A stretch of 63,628 nt of DNA, filler included, from Octopus bimaculoides (GCF_001194135.2; 7 parts of 7 records of this genome joined end to end with filler, not necessarily neighbours in it), one strand, 5' to 3'. Numbered from the whole stretch's first letter, positions 49,191-63,033 are shown. Notes: generated from the sequence alone by a model not told the origin. Translations and numbers: made by a program.

Positions 49191-51270
49191 TACAGCAACA
49201 GACGCTGTACTTAGAATGTAACTTAATCCAAAAGCCAGTTTTCATCTATCTAATTTGAAACACTCCAATTCATTTGACGCCGTGTCGGTGCTCCAGAGGG
49301 AGTTTATAAAATGTCAAAAACTCGCTATTTTGCCACGCATAAATGGTTAATCGCAAGCTTCATGCCTCACTTACAAACGACTATTGTTAATTGGTAAATG
49401 ACCTAACTGACGTGAAGTTCTAGACTCTTTTGCATTATCTCATTTAACTTTTTTTTGTTAAGATTTCATTGTACAAGCCAGTAGCAACTATATCCGGTCA
49501 TCAATACAGCAATATGCACCAGTAACCAATAATAACAACCAGATTTGTGGATAGGAAAAATTGGTTGTAGTACTAAACTTCCGAAATGTATTCTGAGTAA
49601 CGTTGATATCTTAGTATATACAAGTGATATACGCATAGTTGACATAGAGATCATTATTTCATATCTAAGGGCAGGGTGGTACAACTGACAGAAAACCGAA
49701 CATAATAACTTCCGGTTTTAGGTTCCATGGCTTCGGGTTCTAAATTCAAATTCAGTCGTGGTTTATGTACCCTCCAGAGTCGACACGGAACATCTCAATT
49801 ACATACATACATTATATGTATGTATATATATATATATATATATATNNNNNNNNNNNNNNNNNNNNNNNNNNNNNNNNNNNNNNNNNNNNNNNNNNNNNNN
49901 NNNNNNNNNNNNNNNNNNNNNNNNNNNNNNNNNNNNNNNNNNNNNNNNNNNNNNNNNNNNNNNNNNNNNNNNNNNNNNNNNNNNNNNNNNNNNNNNNNNN
50001 NNNNNNNNNNNNNNNNNNNNNNNNNNNNNNNNNNNNNNNNNNNNNNNNNNNNNNNNNNNNNNNNNNNNNNNNNNNNNNNNNNNNNNNNNNNNNNNNNNNN
50101 NNNNNNNNNNNNNNNNNNNNNNNNNNNNNNNNNNNNNNNNNNNNNNNNNNNNNNNNNNNNNNNNNNNNNNNNNNNNNNNNNNNNNNNNNNNNNNNNNNNN
50201 NNNNNNNNNNNNNNNNNNNNNNNNNNNNNNNNNNNNNNNNNNNNNNNNNNNNNNNNNNNNNNNNNNNNNNNNNNNNNNNNNNNNNNNNNNNNNNNNNNNN
50301 NNNNNNNNNNNNNNNNNNNNNNNNNNNNNNNNNNNNNNNNNNNNNNNNNNNNNNNNNNNNNNNNNNNNNNNNNNNNNNNNNNNNNNNNNNNNNNNNNNNN
50401 NNNNNNNNNNNNNNNNNNNNNNNNNNNNNNNNNNNNNNNNNNNNNNNNNNNNNNNNNNNNNNNNNNNNNNNNNNNNNNNNNNNNNNNNNNNNNNNNNNNN
50501 NNNNNNNNNNNNNNNNNNNNNNNNNNNNNNNNNNNNNNNNNNNNNNNNNNNNNNNNNNNNNNNNNNNNNNNNNNNNNNNNNNNNNNNNNNNNNNNNNNNN
50601 NNNNNNNNNNNNNNNNNNNNNNNNNNNNNNNNNNNNNNNNNNNNNNNNNNNNNNNNNNNNNNNNNNNNNNNNNNNNNNNNNNNNNNNNNAAAGAGAGAGT
50701 AAGTGACAGCGTTCACCAAAAATAAAAATGTTAAATGTTTCTTTTTTTCTTTAACACGTGATATAGCATTCAAATTTAGGATATTTTTGAAAGACACTAT
50801 ATTTTATAATTAGATTATATATACTTTCTCACACAACAATTAAAATATATTTATTTTAAATCATTTATCTATTTTAAATCGTTCATCTTTCTCCCCCCAC
50901 TCTCTCTCACACACACATTACTTTGGGCGCGAAAGAATTTTGTTTTTATTTTACGCCGAGGAAAAAAAGTGTTTTGTTGAGAATCCATTTATTTAATAAC
51001 AAAGAAACAAAGAGGTATCCATCACACCCCACCCCTTTTCTCAGTCCATTAAAAGGGCTTTGTAACATATTAGGAGGCCAGGGTAGTTGATTCCACGCAA
51101 AAATCCGATTTTTTTTCCTTAGTGAAAATCGTGCGTTATCTAAATATTTGCCTGGAGTTTTCATGGTAAATTTGAGATTTAAAAAAATGTTTTCCATATT
51201 CTTAATCTCCGTATTTTTCAACGTACATTGAAAAATAGAAGGGGAAAAGATCAATGGTANNNNNNNNNNT

Positions 51271-51557
51271 TGAAATCGAGGATGCCCTGCTCAAAATGGG
51301 TGGGGCGGCGTTGAACACACTTGGTTTGCCATCCGCATTACGACAGAATGTTAACACAGCCCCATCAAAGTTACTTCTAGAGTTATCATATGACGCTGAT
51401 GGCTTTGCAGAGTACCTGAGATTAAATGAACCGAAATTGCTCCCTGATCAGTGGCTGGTGTACGAAACTGTCGTCAATGCCGTTGAAAAACATGCTCCTA
51501 GAGGTACTGGCAAATCCTTTGTAACACAATTAATACTTGCTAAAAAAAAAAAAAAAA
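51271..51557 (+). mobile_element. Helitron Rep/PIF1-helicase fragment between gaps
   Basis: EIEDALLKMGG..L..LGLP...ELSYD...L..DQWLVYETVVNAVEKH/APRGTGKSFVTQLILAK includes Walker A (GTGKS), with the usual FFLD before it deleted. Confidence 0.8.
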
Positions 51558-51941
51558 NNNNNNNNNNNNNNNNNNNNNNNNNNNNNNNNNNNNNNNNNNN
51601 NTTAATTAATTAANNNNNNNNNNNNNNNNNNNNNNNNNNNNNNNNNNNNNNNNNNNNCATGTGGTCTTCTCAAAGCAGACGAACGAGTCAGTGAGAGAGG
51701 GGGAAGGGGAGGCAGAATATTTCGAAAACACCTGGACGGAGTTTCTTTGAAAAAAAATGAATATTTTATCGAATTTTCCGATGATATGGATAAAAAAATC
51801 ACAGAGCATGCAGCGCATACTTTGCATGCCTGAGAGTCCACGCCTCTGATATATATATACATATACACACACATATATCTATATATACATATAACTATAT
51901 ATATATATATATACACACACATATCCATATATACATATAAC

Positions 51942-52007
<66 letters not shown>

Positions 52008-52931
52008 TACATACACACATAATTCACACACACACACATGTAACTTACACACACTTATATTCACACACAAATACATAAAAATGCAAGACATTGAAACTGA
52101 GGTAACCTATGAGACATTAAATTAAACAAAAATAAAACCAAGCAAAACAAGACAAATTCACAAAAACTCTCATGAATATATATCCATGAATGAACCAATT
52201 TCTTGTATAGCCAATATTATTATTATTATTATTATTGTCGTTGTTGTTGTTGTTGTTGTTGTTCTGTGTAGGTTTCTATGTTTCTACTAAAAGCTATCAA
52301 CTGTGCATTGAAAATTGAAAAATTACTTCAAATTACTCGAGTTATTTTTCATATAATTGTGTAAGAAAAAAAACAGAAAGCTAAGGAGGAGNNNNNNNNN
52401 NNNNNNNNNNNNNNNNNNNNNNNNNNNNNNNNNNNNNNNNNNNNNNNNNNNNNNNNNNNNNNNNNNNNNNNNNNNNNNNNNNNNNNNNNNNNNNNNNNNN
52501 NNNNNNNNNNNNNNNNNNNNNNNNNNNNNNNNNNNNNNNNNNNNNNNNNNNNNNNNNNNNNNNNNNNNNNNNNNNNNNNNNNNNNNNNNNNNNNNNNNNN
52601 NNNNNNNNNNNNNNNNNNNNNNNNNNNNNNNNNNNNNNNNNNNNNNNNNNNNNNNNNNNNNNNNNNNNNNNNNNNNNNNNNNNNNNNNNNNNNNNNNNNN
52701 NNNNNNNNNNNNNNNNNNNNNNNNNNNNNNNNNNNNNNNNNNNNNNNNNNNNNNNNNNNNNNNNNNNNNNNNNNNNNNNNNNNNNNNNNNNNNNNNNNNN
52801 NNNNNNNNNNNNNNNNNNNNNNNNNNNNNNNNNNNNNNNNNNNNNNNNNNNNNNNNNNNNNGGTGGTGGTGGTGGTGGTGGTGATAGCAGACGTAGTACT
52901 GATGTGTGTGTGTGTCATATATATGTGTGTT

Positions 52932-53003
<72 letters not shown>

Positions 53004-53644
53004 TGTGTGTATATATATATGTGTGTGTGTGTGTATGTGTGTATGTGTGCATATATATATGTGTGTGTGTGTACACACATGTGTGTGTGTGTGTGTGGTA
53101 GTGGTAGTGATGGTGATGGTTGTATTGGTGGCAGTGGTGGTGATGAGGATGCTGATTTTCATCATCATATTGTGATGATCATCATGCAGTGACAATTAGG
53201 CTGACGAAGATGATGATGATGATGATGATGTACACAAAGGTAAAGATTGAAGGAGAAAAAACATCATCATCATCATCATCATCACCATCATTATGATCAT
53301 GATCTTCATCACGATCATCATCATCAGCATCATCACCATCAACATCAGCAACAAATAATGTCATCAAAAGTACAACAATGCAATTTAAACATTAACATCA
53401 ACTTTTTCAATATCGCCACGACCACCACCGCTGCCACCATCAACCGCAACAACAGTAATTGCTATAACAGCAGCAACAACAACAACAACATGATCAATAT
53501 CAAGAGCATTCATAAGTACTGGGAGACCACACTTCCACCACTGCCACAACAACAACCGCAACAGGTACAACAACAAAAGCAATGATGGAAAATAACATCA
53601 ACAACAATAACAAAAAAACTACATCATTTCCATTATTGTAACCG

Positions 53645-53800
53645 AGTGCTTGGCTGTGTGGTTAAGAAGCTAGCTTTGTGACTGTGTGGTTTTGGGTTCA
53701 GTCCTACTGTGCAGCACCTCGGACAAATGTCTTCGGTTATAGCCACAGGTTGACCAATGCTTTGTGAGTGAATTTGGTACATGGAAACTGCATGGCATTC
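53645..53800 (+). mobile_element. SINE family A head, diverged
   Basis: GGCTGTGTGGTTAAGAAGCT...GGGTTCAGTCCTACTG...GTGAGTGAATTTGGTACATGGAAACTG. Confidence 0.75.
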
Positions 53801-54035
53801 TCTCATGTATATATGCATGTTTGTGGGGGGGAGGGCGCATGTGTGTTATCCGAAGTGTACAGTATTACATATCCATTAAAGCCAATCTTACTAATCAGTT
53901 TCACATTAGGAGTTCGACAGAGTGTTATGTAGCAGTCCGATTATGTTACCCAACGCTCATCAGAGGTAGCCATTAGAGAAAGAAATATGATGACCGCATA
54001 TTTTTCCTGACTTATAGACTCTTAGATGGCTTATA

Positions 54036-54075
<40 letters not shown>

Positions 54076-54076
<1 letters not shown>

Positions 54077-54830
54077 TGGGTCATCCCATAAATAATGTGG
54101 TTTTTTTCCTATTCCATGAACTAAAAGTTGGAGGGGGGACAGGATAAACTACCTGCATCAACTTGCTATAAAAACAGGCCGATTACAGCAGCAATTCCAT
54201 CTAAGAATATGAAGGAATTTTATTCTAAATATCATCAGACTATGGATGACTAAATTACAACAGGTATATAGTCCATTGTTTTTATTATAGTGCATTGTTG
54301 TACCAGTCAAAACTTTTTATTCTTTGGAAACAATACACAATGCTTCAAGCAAACTACAATACTCTCCTTTGTGCACTTATTCTTAGTGCAAGTTTTGAAG
54401 AGTGCAGTTCGATTTTAACTGTTATTTTTTCATAGCTATAATAGAAGTGACAAAGGAGTATATTCGGCATATTTTACTTTATGAGTTCAATAAAGGCAAC
54501 AACACAATGGAAAGTGTGAGGAATATTAATGCAGTGCATGGGGATCAGACAATAAGCGTAAGCCAGTGTCAACAGTGGTTCCAGAAATTCCAAACCAGAA
54601 ACTACAGCCTAGAAGATGAACCTCATCCTGGAAGAACTGCAGAGCTCCACGAGGACATCCTACAAACCCTGGTGGAACAAAATCTCATTGTAACTGTTGA
54701 GGAACTCGCAGAGAAGTTAGGATTTGGTCATTCAACCATTCATTGACATCTGCGTGCCATCAGAAAAGTCAGCAATCTGGGCCAATGGGTTCCTCACAAA
54801 CATGCAGAGAGTGAATGTGTGCTCTTCTCT
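54076..54830 (+). mobile_element. mariner element, 5' part with left TIR and transposase N-terminus
   Basis: TA|TTGGGTCATCCCATAAATAATGTGG. EVTKEYIRHILLYEFNKG...CQQWFQKF...LEDEPHPGR...TVEELAEKLGFGHSTIH*HLRAI...GQWVPH gives the HTH plus the WVPH motif. Confidence 0.88.
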
Positions 54831-54959
54831 ACTGCACTTATATATATAGGGAGAATTCACAAAAAGCAAAAAACGAAGACAGGTAGTGTAATGTATATAT
54901 ATGTGTGTGTATGCTTGTGTGTGTGTGTGTGTGTGTGTACATACATGTGTGTGCACGTA

Positions 54960-55160
54960 TCGTGGTTGTGTTTGTATCCTACCACCACTTCACAAATGGT
55001 GTTGGTTTGTTTATGTCGCTGTAAATTAGAGTGTCAGCAAAAGAGACTAATAGAATAAGTACCAGACTGAAAAACATTATTGGGATTGATTTGTTCAAGA
55101 AAAACCCTTCAAGGCATTGCTGTATTATGGCCACAGTCCAATGACTGGAACAAGTAAGGG
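54960..55160 (+). mobile_element. SINE family A, 3' half, diverged
   Basis: CAGCAAAAGAGACTAATAGAATAAGTACCAG...GGCCACAGTCCAATGACTGGAACAAG. Confidence 0.7.
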
Positions 55161-56000
55161 ATTAAGGATAAAAGGCAACTCCAAAATCAACAACAACAGC
55201 AACAATTACTATAATTACAACAATAAAACTGTCGTGCCTGTGCTGAAGAGACAGCAACAGCAGCAAAAACAACAACGAATACAACAACAAATACAACAAC
55301 AAATACAACAACAATAACAACTGTTGCTGCTGCTGCTGCTACTACTACTACTACTACTATTACAACAGACAAGAAACAGAAAACAGAATACAGCAAAAAA
55401 CAGTTTCAAGACAAAAAAAAAACAGTAAAAGAAGAGAAATCTTAAACTTTTTTATTTTCTGTTTGTATTTTTAAATGTTATTTTGTTCTTTTGTTTTGTT
55501 TTGATTTGTCTTTTTGCTGGATTTTTGATTTTTTCATGTTTTTTCTTGTTTTTTTTTTCTTGTCTTTNNNNNNNNNNNNNNNNNNNNNNNNNNNNNNNNN
55601 NNNNNNNNNNNNNNNNNNNNNNNNNNNNNNNNNNNNNNNNNNNNNNNNNNNNNNNNNNNNNNNNNNNNNNNNNNNNNNNNNNNNNNNNNNNNNNNNNNNN
55701 NNNNNNNNNNNNNNNNNNNNNNNNNNNNNNNNNNNNNNNNNNNNNNNNNNNNNNNNNNNNNNNNNNNNNNNNNNNNNNNNNNNNNNNNNNNNNNNNNNNN
55801 NNNNNNNNNNNNNNNNNNNNNNNNNNNNNNNNNNNNNNNNNNNNNNNNNNNNNNNNNNNNTTTATTTCTTGTTTTACCTACATATTGGAAAAACAAATGT
55901 AATGCCTAAACTGCCTTCCATATCAGCATCGCCATCACCATAACTATAACTCTGCTCTCTACTATTCTTCCTCTCTTTTTCTCTCTCTCTCTCTCTCTTT

Positions 56001-56032
<32 letters not shown>

Positions 56033-56589
56033 TTAACTCCCTTCCTTTCTCTCTCTTTCTCTCCTTCTCTCTCTCTCTCTTTAACTCCCTTTCTTTCTCT
56101 CTCTTTCTTCCCAATTCCACTATTACTAACAAGTAGTCTGCTACCACTACCACCACTTCCACTACTCCTACAACTACTACCACCATGCCCACCATCACTT
56201 TATCATCCCCCTCTCATTTATACCATTGCCAACAAGAACCCCCACCATCAATAAAAACTGCACCACCATCACCACAACCGGTACAATCATGACCACCATC
56301 AACACTATCACCAACACCACAACCATTACTACCACTACCACAATCACCACACAGCCACCACAACCATCACCACCATCAGCAATGTCACCACCACAACAAC
56401 AACCAACATCATCGCCACCATCATCACAAAACGCCAGGAACCTTACACTCTCCTCGTTTTTAACCACATCCACCGTCTCCATCTATATTACAGAAGCCAT
56501 CAACGCATTCACCATCATGTCCATTGAAGTTACCAGCCCCAACGATGAAGTCATTATCAGTCATCACTAAAGGTTCTCATAGAAGCAGT

Positions 56590-56790
56590 TCTTCAGTCAA
56601 TTCTGCCTGTAGGGCATACAGAAAGTTGACCCTTGCCATTGAGTTGTCTATAGCTAATCTCAATTTCATTATTCCAGTGCATGCCCTAGCTATGACAATT
56701 ATTTTATCAACTGATTTCTCAGCTAAAAGTATGCTTAATGCACCCCTGCTTTCATTATTACTCTTTCAGAAGAATTTGCATTGCTCACGC
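56590..56790 (-). mobile_element. RTE LINE endonuclease fragment
   Basis: The minus strand gives SRGALSILLAEKSVDKIIVIARACTGIMKLRL...VNFLYALQAEL, resembling RTE GVGILLAEKWVDKV...SAYAPQ. Confidence 0.7.
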
Positions 56791-56814
56791 AATTGGCACG
56801 TAGAAACATCCATT

Positions 56815-56930
56815 ACAGTCTCAGAGTGGTTGACATTAGGAAGGGCACCCAGCCATAGGAAACCATGCCAAATCAGACTGGAGCCTGGTGCAGCCTTCCA
56901 GTGTGCCAGCCAAGTCAAACCGATTGTAAC
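56815..56930 (+). mobile_element. RTE-type 3' tail fragment
   Basis: TTAGGAAGGGCACCCAGCCATAGGAAACCATGCCAAATCAGACTGGAGCCTGGTGCAGCC is related to the tail at 30035-30125. Confidence 0.55.
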
Positions 56931-57392
56931 ATCAATGAAAATATCAACAGAAACAAAAACAAAAAAGCCACAACAAAACCGACCAAGATTCTTTCAAATA
57001 TTTTTTTATGCGTGCAGTGAGGTAAGTGGTGGTCATGGTGGATAACTGAAGATGTATTAATGTTAGAGACAGACATTTAATTATTTTAACGAAGTTAAAT
57101 TCTCAACATTATTATATTATCGCATCTGGTTAACATTTTCTCATAACATTTAATCTTAACTGTTAGGTTTTGTTTTTTTTCTTTAGTTCAAATACTTTTA
57201 AGAGAAGGAAAGAAAAGATATAAAAAAAAAGAAAAAACAGACAAATGCATATAGTAAGTAGAAGCTTGCAATGAAGCAAGCGGTCAGCAGGAGAAATCAA
57301 CAAAGAAAGAACCACTGGTCAGCAAGTGCATTGGCCTGTTAGTTCTGCAGAGTTTAAGGGAGCTGGGCCCATCTAGGTCACCACTCCAAGAG

Positions 57393-57505
57393 TGGAGGCA
57401 CATGGCCTAATGGTTAGCATGTCTGACTCATGATCATAGGATTGTGGTTTTGATTCCTGGACCAAGCAACACATTGTGTTCTTGAGCAAAACACTTCATT
57501 TCACA
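57393..57505 (+). mobile_element. SINE family C head
   Basis: GGAGGCACATGGCCTAATGGTTAG...GATTCCTGG...TTGAGCAAAACACTTCATTTCAC. Confidence 0.75.
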
Positions 57506-57736
57506 GACAAGAAAGTAATATTTCGAACGCAGTATCACCATGAAGACAGCAGAAAAACTGGATATTATTATCCTTGGAAGACGATATAAAAACACACACA
57601 TATATATATATATATATATTTATTTGCTCAAAATAATAGAGCACTTAATATAAGTTCAGTTATATATTCTTTTAGAATATTCCTTATAAAATTATATATA
57701 TATACATACATATATATATATATATGCATATATATG

Positions 57737-57777
<41 letters not shown>

Positions 57778-57800
57778 AAATATATATATTTATATGTATG

Positions 57801-57867
<67 letters not shown>

Positions 57868-57868
57868 A

Positions 57869-57899
<31 letters not shown>

Positions 57900-58255
57900 G
57901 TGTATATATTTGTGTACAAGTACTGACAAGTTTTATGTGTGGGTTTATGTCACTGTAAATGTTGTTTAAAAAAAATCAAGGGGGGGGGGGCTTTATCCTT
58001 AATAGCTACACTGCTGCATATAAACAACATCATTGCATCACATCATGTGCATTGGTGCGCAACATTTGAATCAGACGAGTTAATTAACAGGCCTTATTCT
58101 GTAATACAATATCCTTTGTTTAACCCCTTTGGCTTGCCAAAACATCCAGTCAACTGCATTATATTTTAATGTGTGAATCCATCTACTTCTCTGTTTTCAT
58201 ACAGCACAACAATTTTGTGTCTCTGTATGTATGTATATATATATATATATATATC

Positions 58256-58287
<32 letters not shown>

Positions 58288-58340
58288 GTCACACATATGT
58301 GCATTTAAACAAGTATGAATATATGTATATGCATATGTTT

Positions 58341-58407
<67 letters not shown>

Positions 58408-58823
58408 TACATATATATATATGTTAATATAGATATATATACACTTTATACATATGCATAAATATGCACAAATATATATATATACCCATACAGCAAGATG
58501 GATACAGATAGATAGATAGATAGATAGACAGACAGACGGGTGGGAAGGCTGGCAGGCAGACAGACAGACAGATAGGTATAAGAAATTGATCAACAAGTAT
58601 ATATCATTTGTTCTCCATATATGATTTCCTATTGTGGTTATTTGCACCCTCTGCTACAGTGACATCAGTAGTAGTCATACATCCAATTGTACACAGAAGA
58701 TATATGATATACATATANNNNNNNNNNNNNNNNNNNNNNNNNNNNNNNNNNNNNNNNNNNNTTAATTAATTAANNNNNNNNNNNNNNNNNNNNNNNNNNN
58801 NNNNNNNNNNNNNNNNNAATATA

Positions 58824-59240
58824 GGCGTAGGAGTGGCTGAGTGGTAAGTAGATTGTTTACGAACCACATGGTTCCGGGTTCTGTCCCACTGCGTGGCACC
58901 TTGGCCAAGTATTTTCTACTATAGCCTCGGGCCGACCAAAACTTTGTGAGTGGATTTGGTGGACGGAAACTGAAAGAAGCCCGTCGTATGTATGTATGTA
59001 TGTATGTGTGCGTGTGTGTGTGTGTGTGTGTATGTTTTGTGTGTCTGTGTTTGTGCCCCCAACATCGCTTGAAAACCGATGCTGGTGTGCTTACGTCCCC
59101 GTAACTTAGCGGTTCGGCGAAACAGACCGATAGAATAAGTACTAGGCTTCCAAAGAATAAGTCCTGGGGTCGATTTGCTCGATTAAAGGTGGTGCTCCAG
59201 CATGGCCCCAGTCAAATGACTGAAAAATATAAAAGAGCAA
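58824..59240 (+). mobile_element. SINE family A, full-length reference copy: tRNA-type head, internal (TATG)(TG)n, 3' half
   Basis: Starts GGCGTAGGAGTGGCTGAGTGGTAAG, has GGTTCCGGGTTCTGTCCC (B-box-like), and ends CAGTCAAATGACTGAAAA. More than 10 partial copies occur in the window. Confidence 0.92.
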
Positions 59241-60224
59241 AAGAGGAAAAATATTTTCTTAAATTTGGAAACTAAAAATGATTTTTTGGTTTATGAAATG
59301 GTTTCAATTTATGAAAAACCAAATATTTACATAAAATTGAAGCTACAATAATAGTCATTTTATATTGCAAAATTAGGTTACTTAAGGTGAGCCTGGTAAC
59401 TGATGGTTTTGAGGTCTTGTTGTTTGTAACTTTTGGTGAGCCATGGTACAACTAACAACATGGTAAAAATCCCTGCCATTAATTGAGTGTGGATGGGTAA
59501 TATCAAATAATTCAATCACAACATATATTTAAATTAAGCATGAAAAAAATTGAAATATTATCATCACTTACATGCAAAAGTTGAAATATCATCTTTTAGT
59601 AGTTTATAACGTAAAATTTTAAATTATTAATTGACACATTATTAATTATCTTATAACAGCAATGCCTGGAAAAATCATAGATTACATGGAAAAATGCGAG
59701 TATGGAAAGTCATATTCTTACTATTATAAACCTGGAAAAGTACAGGACAAGTTAGTACACTTGTAAAAGTATAGGACAAGCTATTAATTCTAGTAAAGTA
59801 AAAAAATAAGAAACCTTTTGCTTAAAATATTGCAGGTAAAATTAAAATTTGAATATTAAGCTTATTTTATTATAGTTTACAAATAGCACTATACTTTAAG
59901 TAGAATTTTGCTAATTTACTACCTTAAATACAGAAAAAAGTGACTAATTAGACAAACTTACAAATTAGTTGAAAAGTTTTGTACAATAAACTTGAAAGAT
60001 GAGAACTGTAAAGAGTGATAAATTAGAAGAACTGATATTCTTTGCTGCAATATTTTAAGTAAAATGTTTCTTATTCTTTACTTTACTTAGAGTAATAGTT
60101 TGTCCTATACTTTTACAGATGTAATAACTTGTCCTGTAATTTTCCATGTTTATAATCTTAAGAATATTACTTTTCATGCTCGCATTTTTCCAAGTAATAT
60201 ACAATTCCACAATTGGAAAAGACT

Positions 60225-60362
60225 GCACTGGAATAAATATAAAGAATCATTCTCTTATTGAAGACATACACAAACATCAACACAAGGTAAATTGCTGGGA
60301 CATCTCTATCAAAACCTTTGTTAAATGTAAATATAACAAACCAGATATTGTTACTTGGGACT
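60225..60362 (+). mobile_element. R4/Dong-like RLE fragment
   Basis: CWDISIKTFVKCKYNKPDIVTWD* aligns with WWNVPVKTLIKCKHNRPDIVIWD at 23490. Confidence 0.75.
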
Positions 60363-60814
60363 AAAAAGAAAAAAATAAGCACAGTTATGGAGACTAGCTG
60401 CTTCGCTGAAGTGAATATGTTTGAAAATCAAAGAGAAAGAAGATAATTAAGAACAACTCCAGATTCTATATCCAGTTTATAAATTTACTTTTATATCAAT
60501 AATAATTCATACTCTTGGTTTTGTGAGTAAATGCCTAAATGGCGATCTGGATAAGCAGTTGTCTCGGAAAAAGAAACCAACCAGCTAATTTGCATATTAC
60601 AAATCTATAAGGGGAACAGTTAAATTATGCAAGACTTTTCTGATATTTAAATTGAGAATTTGCTTTTGTTATTTATACTCCAACGACGGGACTTTGTATC
60701 TTATTTAGAAACCAGTTACTTCCTCAGAGGAAGTTTTCAAATTATTAAAAACATACATACATACATACATACATACATACATACATACATAATACATAAA
60801 TACATGCATAGGAA

Positions 60815-61125
60815 CACAGAAAGTGACACGTATTCTCCAAACGCCACCGATTAACGATATCATCTTACTTAGTGTAAGTTTTGAAGAGTGCAATTCGATC
60901 TTAACAGTTAATCTTTCAAAGCTATAATGGAAGCGACAAAGGAGCATATTCGGCATATTTTGCTTTATGAGTGCAATAAAGGCAACAACGCTACGGAAAG
61001 TGCGAGGAATATTAATACTATATATGAGGATCAGGCAATAAGCGTAAGTCAGTATCAATGGTGGTTCCAGAAATTCTGAGCTGGAAACTACAGCCTAGAA
61101 GAGGAGCCTCCTCCTGGAAGACCTA
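60815..61125 (+). mobile_element. mariner 5' fragment, same family as 54076
   Basis: ATG at 60927 gives MEATKEHIRHILLYECNKGNNATESARNIN...QWWFQKF*AGNYSLEEEPPPGRP. Confidence 0.88.
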
Positions 61126-61692
61126 TCAGTTTCATTAAACAAATCTCTCTCGTAAACATTTGGTCAAATCTAGGACATATTGGAAGAAATTTGCTTAAGA
61201 ATCGTACCACAAACCAAGTCGTTCCTAAACGATCATCTGAATCGAACAGCCTTGTCTAAACCCATACATATACTCAGTGTTTATGGTTTTACCCAGTTGA
61301 TCAGTCGTTTTATAATCATTGCGAGGTCGTCATGACATTTACATAATCTGGTGTAAGATGCCAAGGTTGCATATTGGCGGCGGCCTACCACAATGAAATA
61401 GGAGACAATGAAGGGTTGTACTCCACGAATAAAAGTGCGTGTAGGCGGGTTGAAGTAACAGCAACCAGTTTATTAATATAGAGAACGAGTTTACGATATG
61501 TAATCAAAACTAGTGTTTAGCTGTTAGTACCTTTACATATATATATATATCTACATGTATATGTATATATGTATATATATATATATATATATNNNNNNNN
61601 NNNNNNNNNNNNNNNNNNNNNNNNNNNNNNNNNNNNTTAATTAATTAANNNNNNNNNNNNNNNNNNNNNNNNNNNNNNNNNNNNNNNNNNNN

Positions 61693-62030
61693 CGGGCTCA
61701 GCTGGCTCCGTCTGACAGTACCCGGTATGGGCCCCTATCCAGGATCACGGAAAGGAGAAAACCTTCAAAGAAATCTGGAGTGGAGCCCCGTAGGCGGTTT
61801 AGTGTTCGATTCGACACTCTTCTGGCAGCTCCTGCAACCAAGCTGGAACCAAACGTAATGCTCTGCATTCCTTTGGACTACGTCAGCAAGGAGGAACCTT
61901 GACGATTGAGCTACCCAGGATTTTCTTATATCTAGCCCAGGCCTTCAAAAACTGGAGCCGACATGAAATGTAAAAACCAGACGGGATTAGTTTGTGCGCA
62001 ACTCCGTTGTCTCCCGAGACAAAAGGATGC
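61693..62030 (+). mobile_element. GC-rich segment resembling an RTE LINE 5' UTR
   Basis: GGAGAAAACCTTCAAAGAAATCTGGAGTGGAGCCCCGTAGGCGG resembles RTE leaders. This rests on recall only. Confidence 0.35.
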
Positions 62031-62950
62031 CAATAATGTGTGTGTGTGTGTGTGTGTTTCTGTGTACATACAATCTCCTACTTCATTCATTAATTTGTGC
62101 ATTTCTCGTGTTACCTTCACTATGATTCAAGCAATCACATTAGTGCAATGAAATTTCGTGTTAATTATCGAATGTGCAATTGTTATACTGGACCGGGTCT
62201 TATGAAGATTGTTGGATGTAATAAAGCCACAACACGGAATTTACAAACAGCAGAAAATGAATTAAATTTTCAAGANNNNNNNNNNNNNNNNNNNNNNNNN
62301 NNNNNNNNNNNNNNNNNNNNNNNNNNNNNNNNNNNNNNNNNNNNNNNNNNNNNNNNNNNNNNNNNNNNNNNNNNNNNNNNNNNNNNNNNNNNNNNNNNNN
62401 NNNNNNNNNNNNNNNNNNNNNNNNNNNNNNNNNNNNNNNNNNNNNNNNNNNNNNNNNNNNNNNNNNNNNNNNNNNNNNNNNNNNNNNNNNNNNNNNNNNN
62501 NNNNNNNNNNNNNNNNNNNNNNNNNNNNNNNNNNNNNNNNNNNNNNNNNNNNNNNNNNNNNNNNNNNNNNNNNNNNNNNNNNNNNNNNNNNNNNNNNNNN
62601 NNNNNNNNNNNNNNNNNNNNNNNNNNNNNNNNNNNNNNNNNNNNNNNNNNNNNNNNNNNNNNNNNNNNNNNNNNNNNNNNNNNNNNNNNNNNNNNNNNNN
62701 NNNNNNNNNNNNNNNNNNNNNNNNNNNNNNNNNNNNNNNNNNNNNNNNNNNNNNNNNNNNNNNNNNNNNNNNNNNNNNNNNNNNNNNNNNNNNNNNNNNN
62801 NNNNNNNNNNNNNNNNNNNNNNNNNNNNNNNNNNNNNNNNNNNNNNNNNNNNNNNNNNNNNNNNNNNNNNNNNNNNNNNNNNNNNNNNNNNNNNNNNNNN
62901 NNNNNNNNNNNNNNNNNNNATGTATATTCGTGTGTATATACACTTATGTT

Positions 62951-63033
<83 letters not shown>

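Larger units (their letters stand above)
52862..56560. repeat. Dense low-complexity zone with (GGT/GAT)n, (CAT/CAA/CAC)n, (CAG)n, (CT)n and (GT/AT)n tracts
   Basis: Direct reading. It generates the poly-H/Q/T/V ORFs in the track. Confidence 0.9.

Noticed and set aside
48588-49245. Poly-M/D/I/S ORFs
   Set aside because: They are translations of an (ATC)n-type microsatellite, open in several frames on both strands, with no splice or homology support.
49280-49788. Imperfect inverted ends (CCGTGTCG...GAGGG) suggesting a MITE, and an ETS-like CCGGAAGT
   Set aside because: The right arm is explained by a decayed SINE-B head, no TSD was found, and a single motif is not evidence of a promoter.
53182-56570. 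His/Gln/Thr-rich ORFs (53247-53585, 55117-55317, 56226-56570)
   Set aside because: Degenerate trinucleotide tracts with overlapping ORFs on both strands and no recognisable domain. Proto-gene status cannot be excluded without RNA data.
58824-58900. tRNA-like sequences at SINE heads
   Set aside because: They have A/B-box-like motifs but no complete cloverleaf, and continue into multicopy SINE bodies. No true tRNA gene was found.
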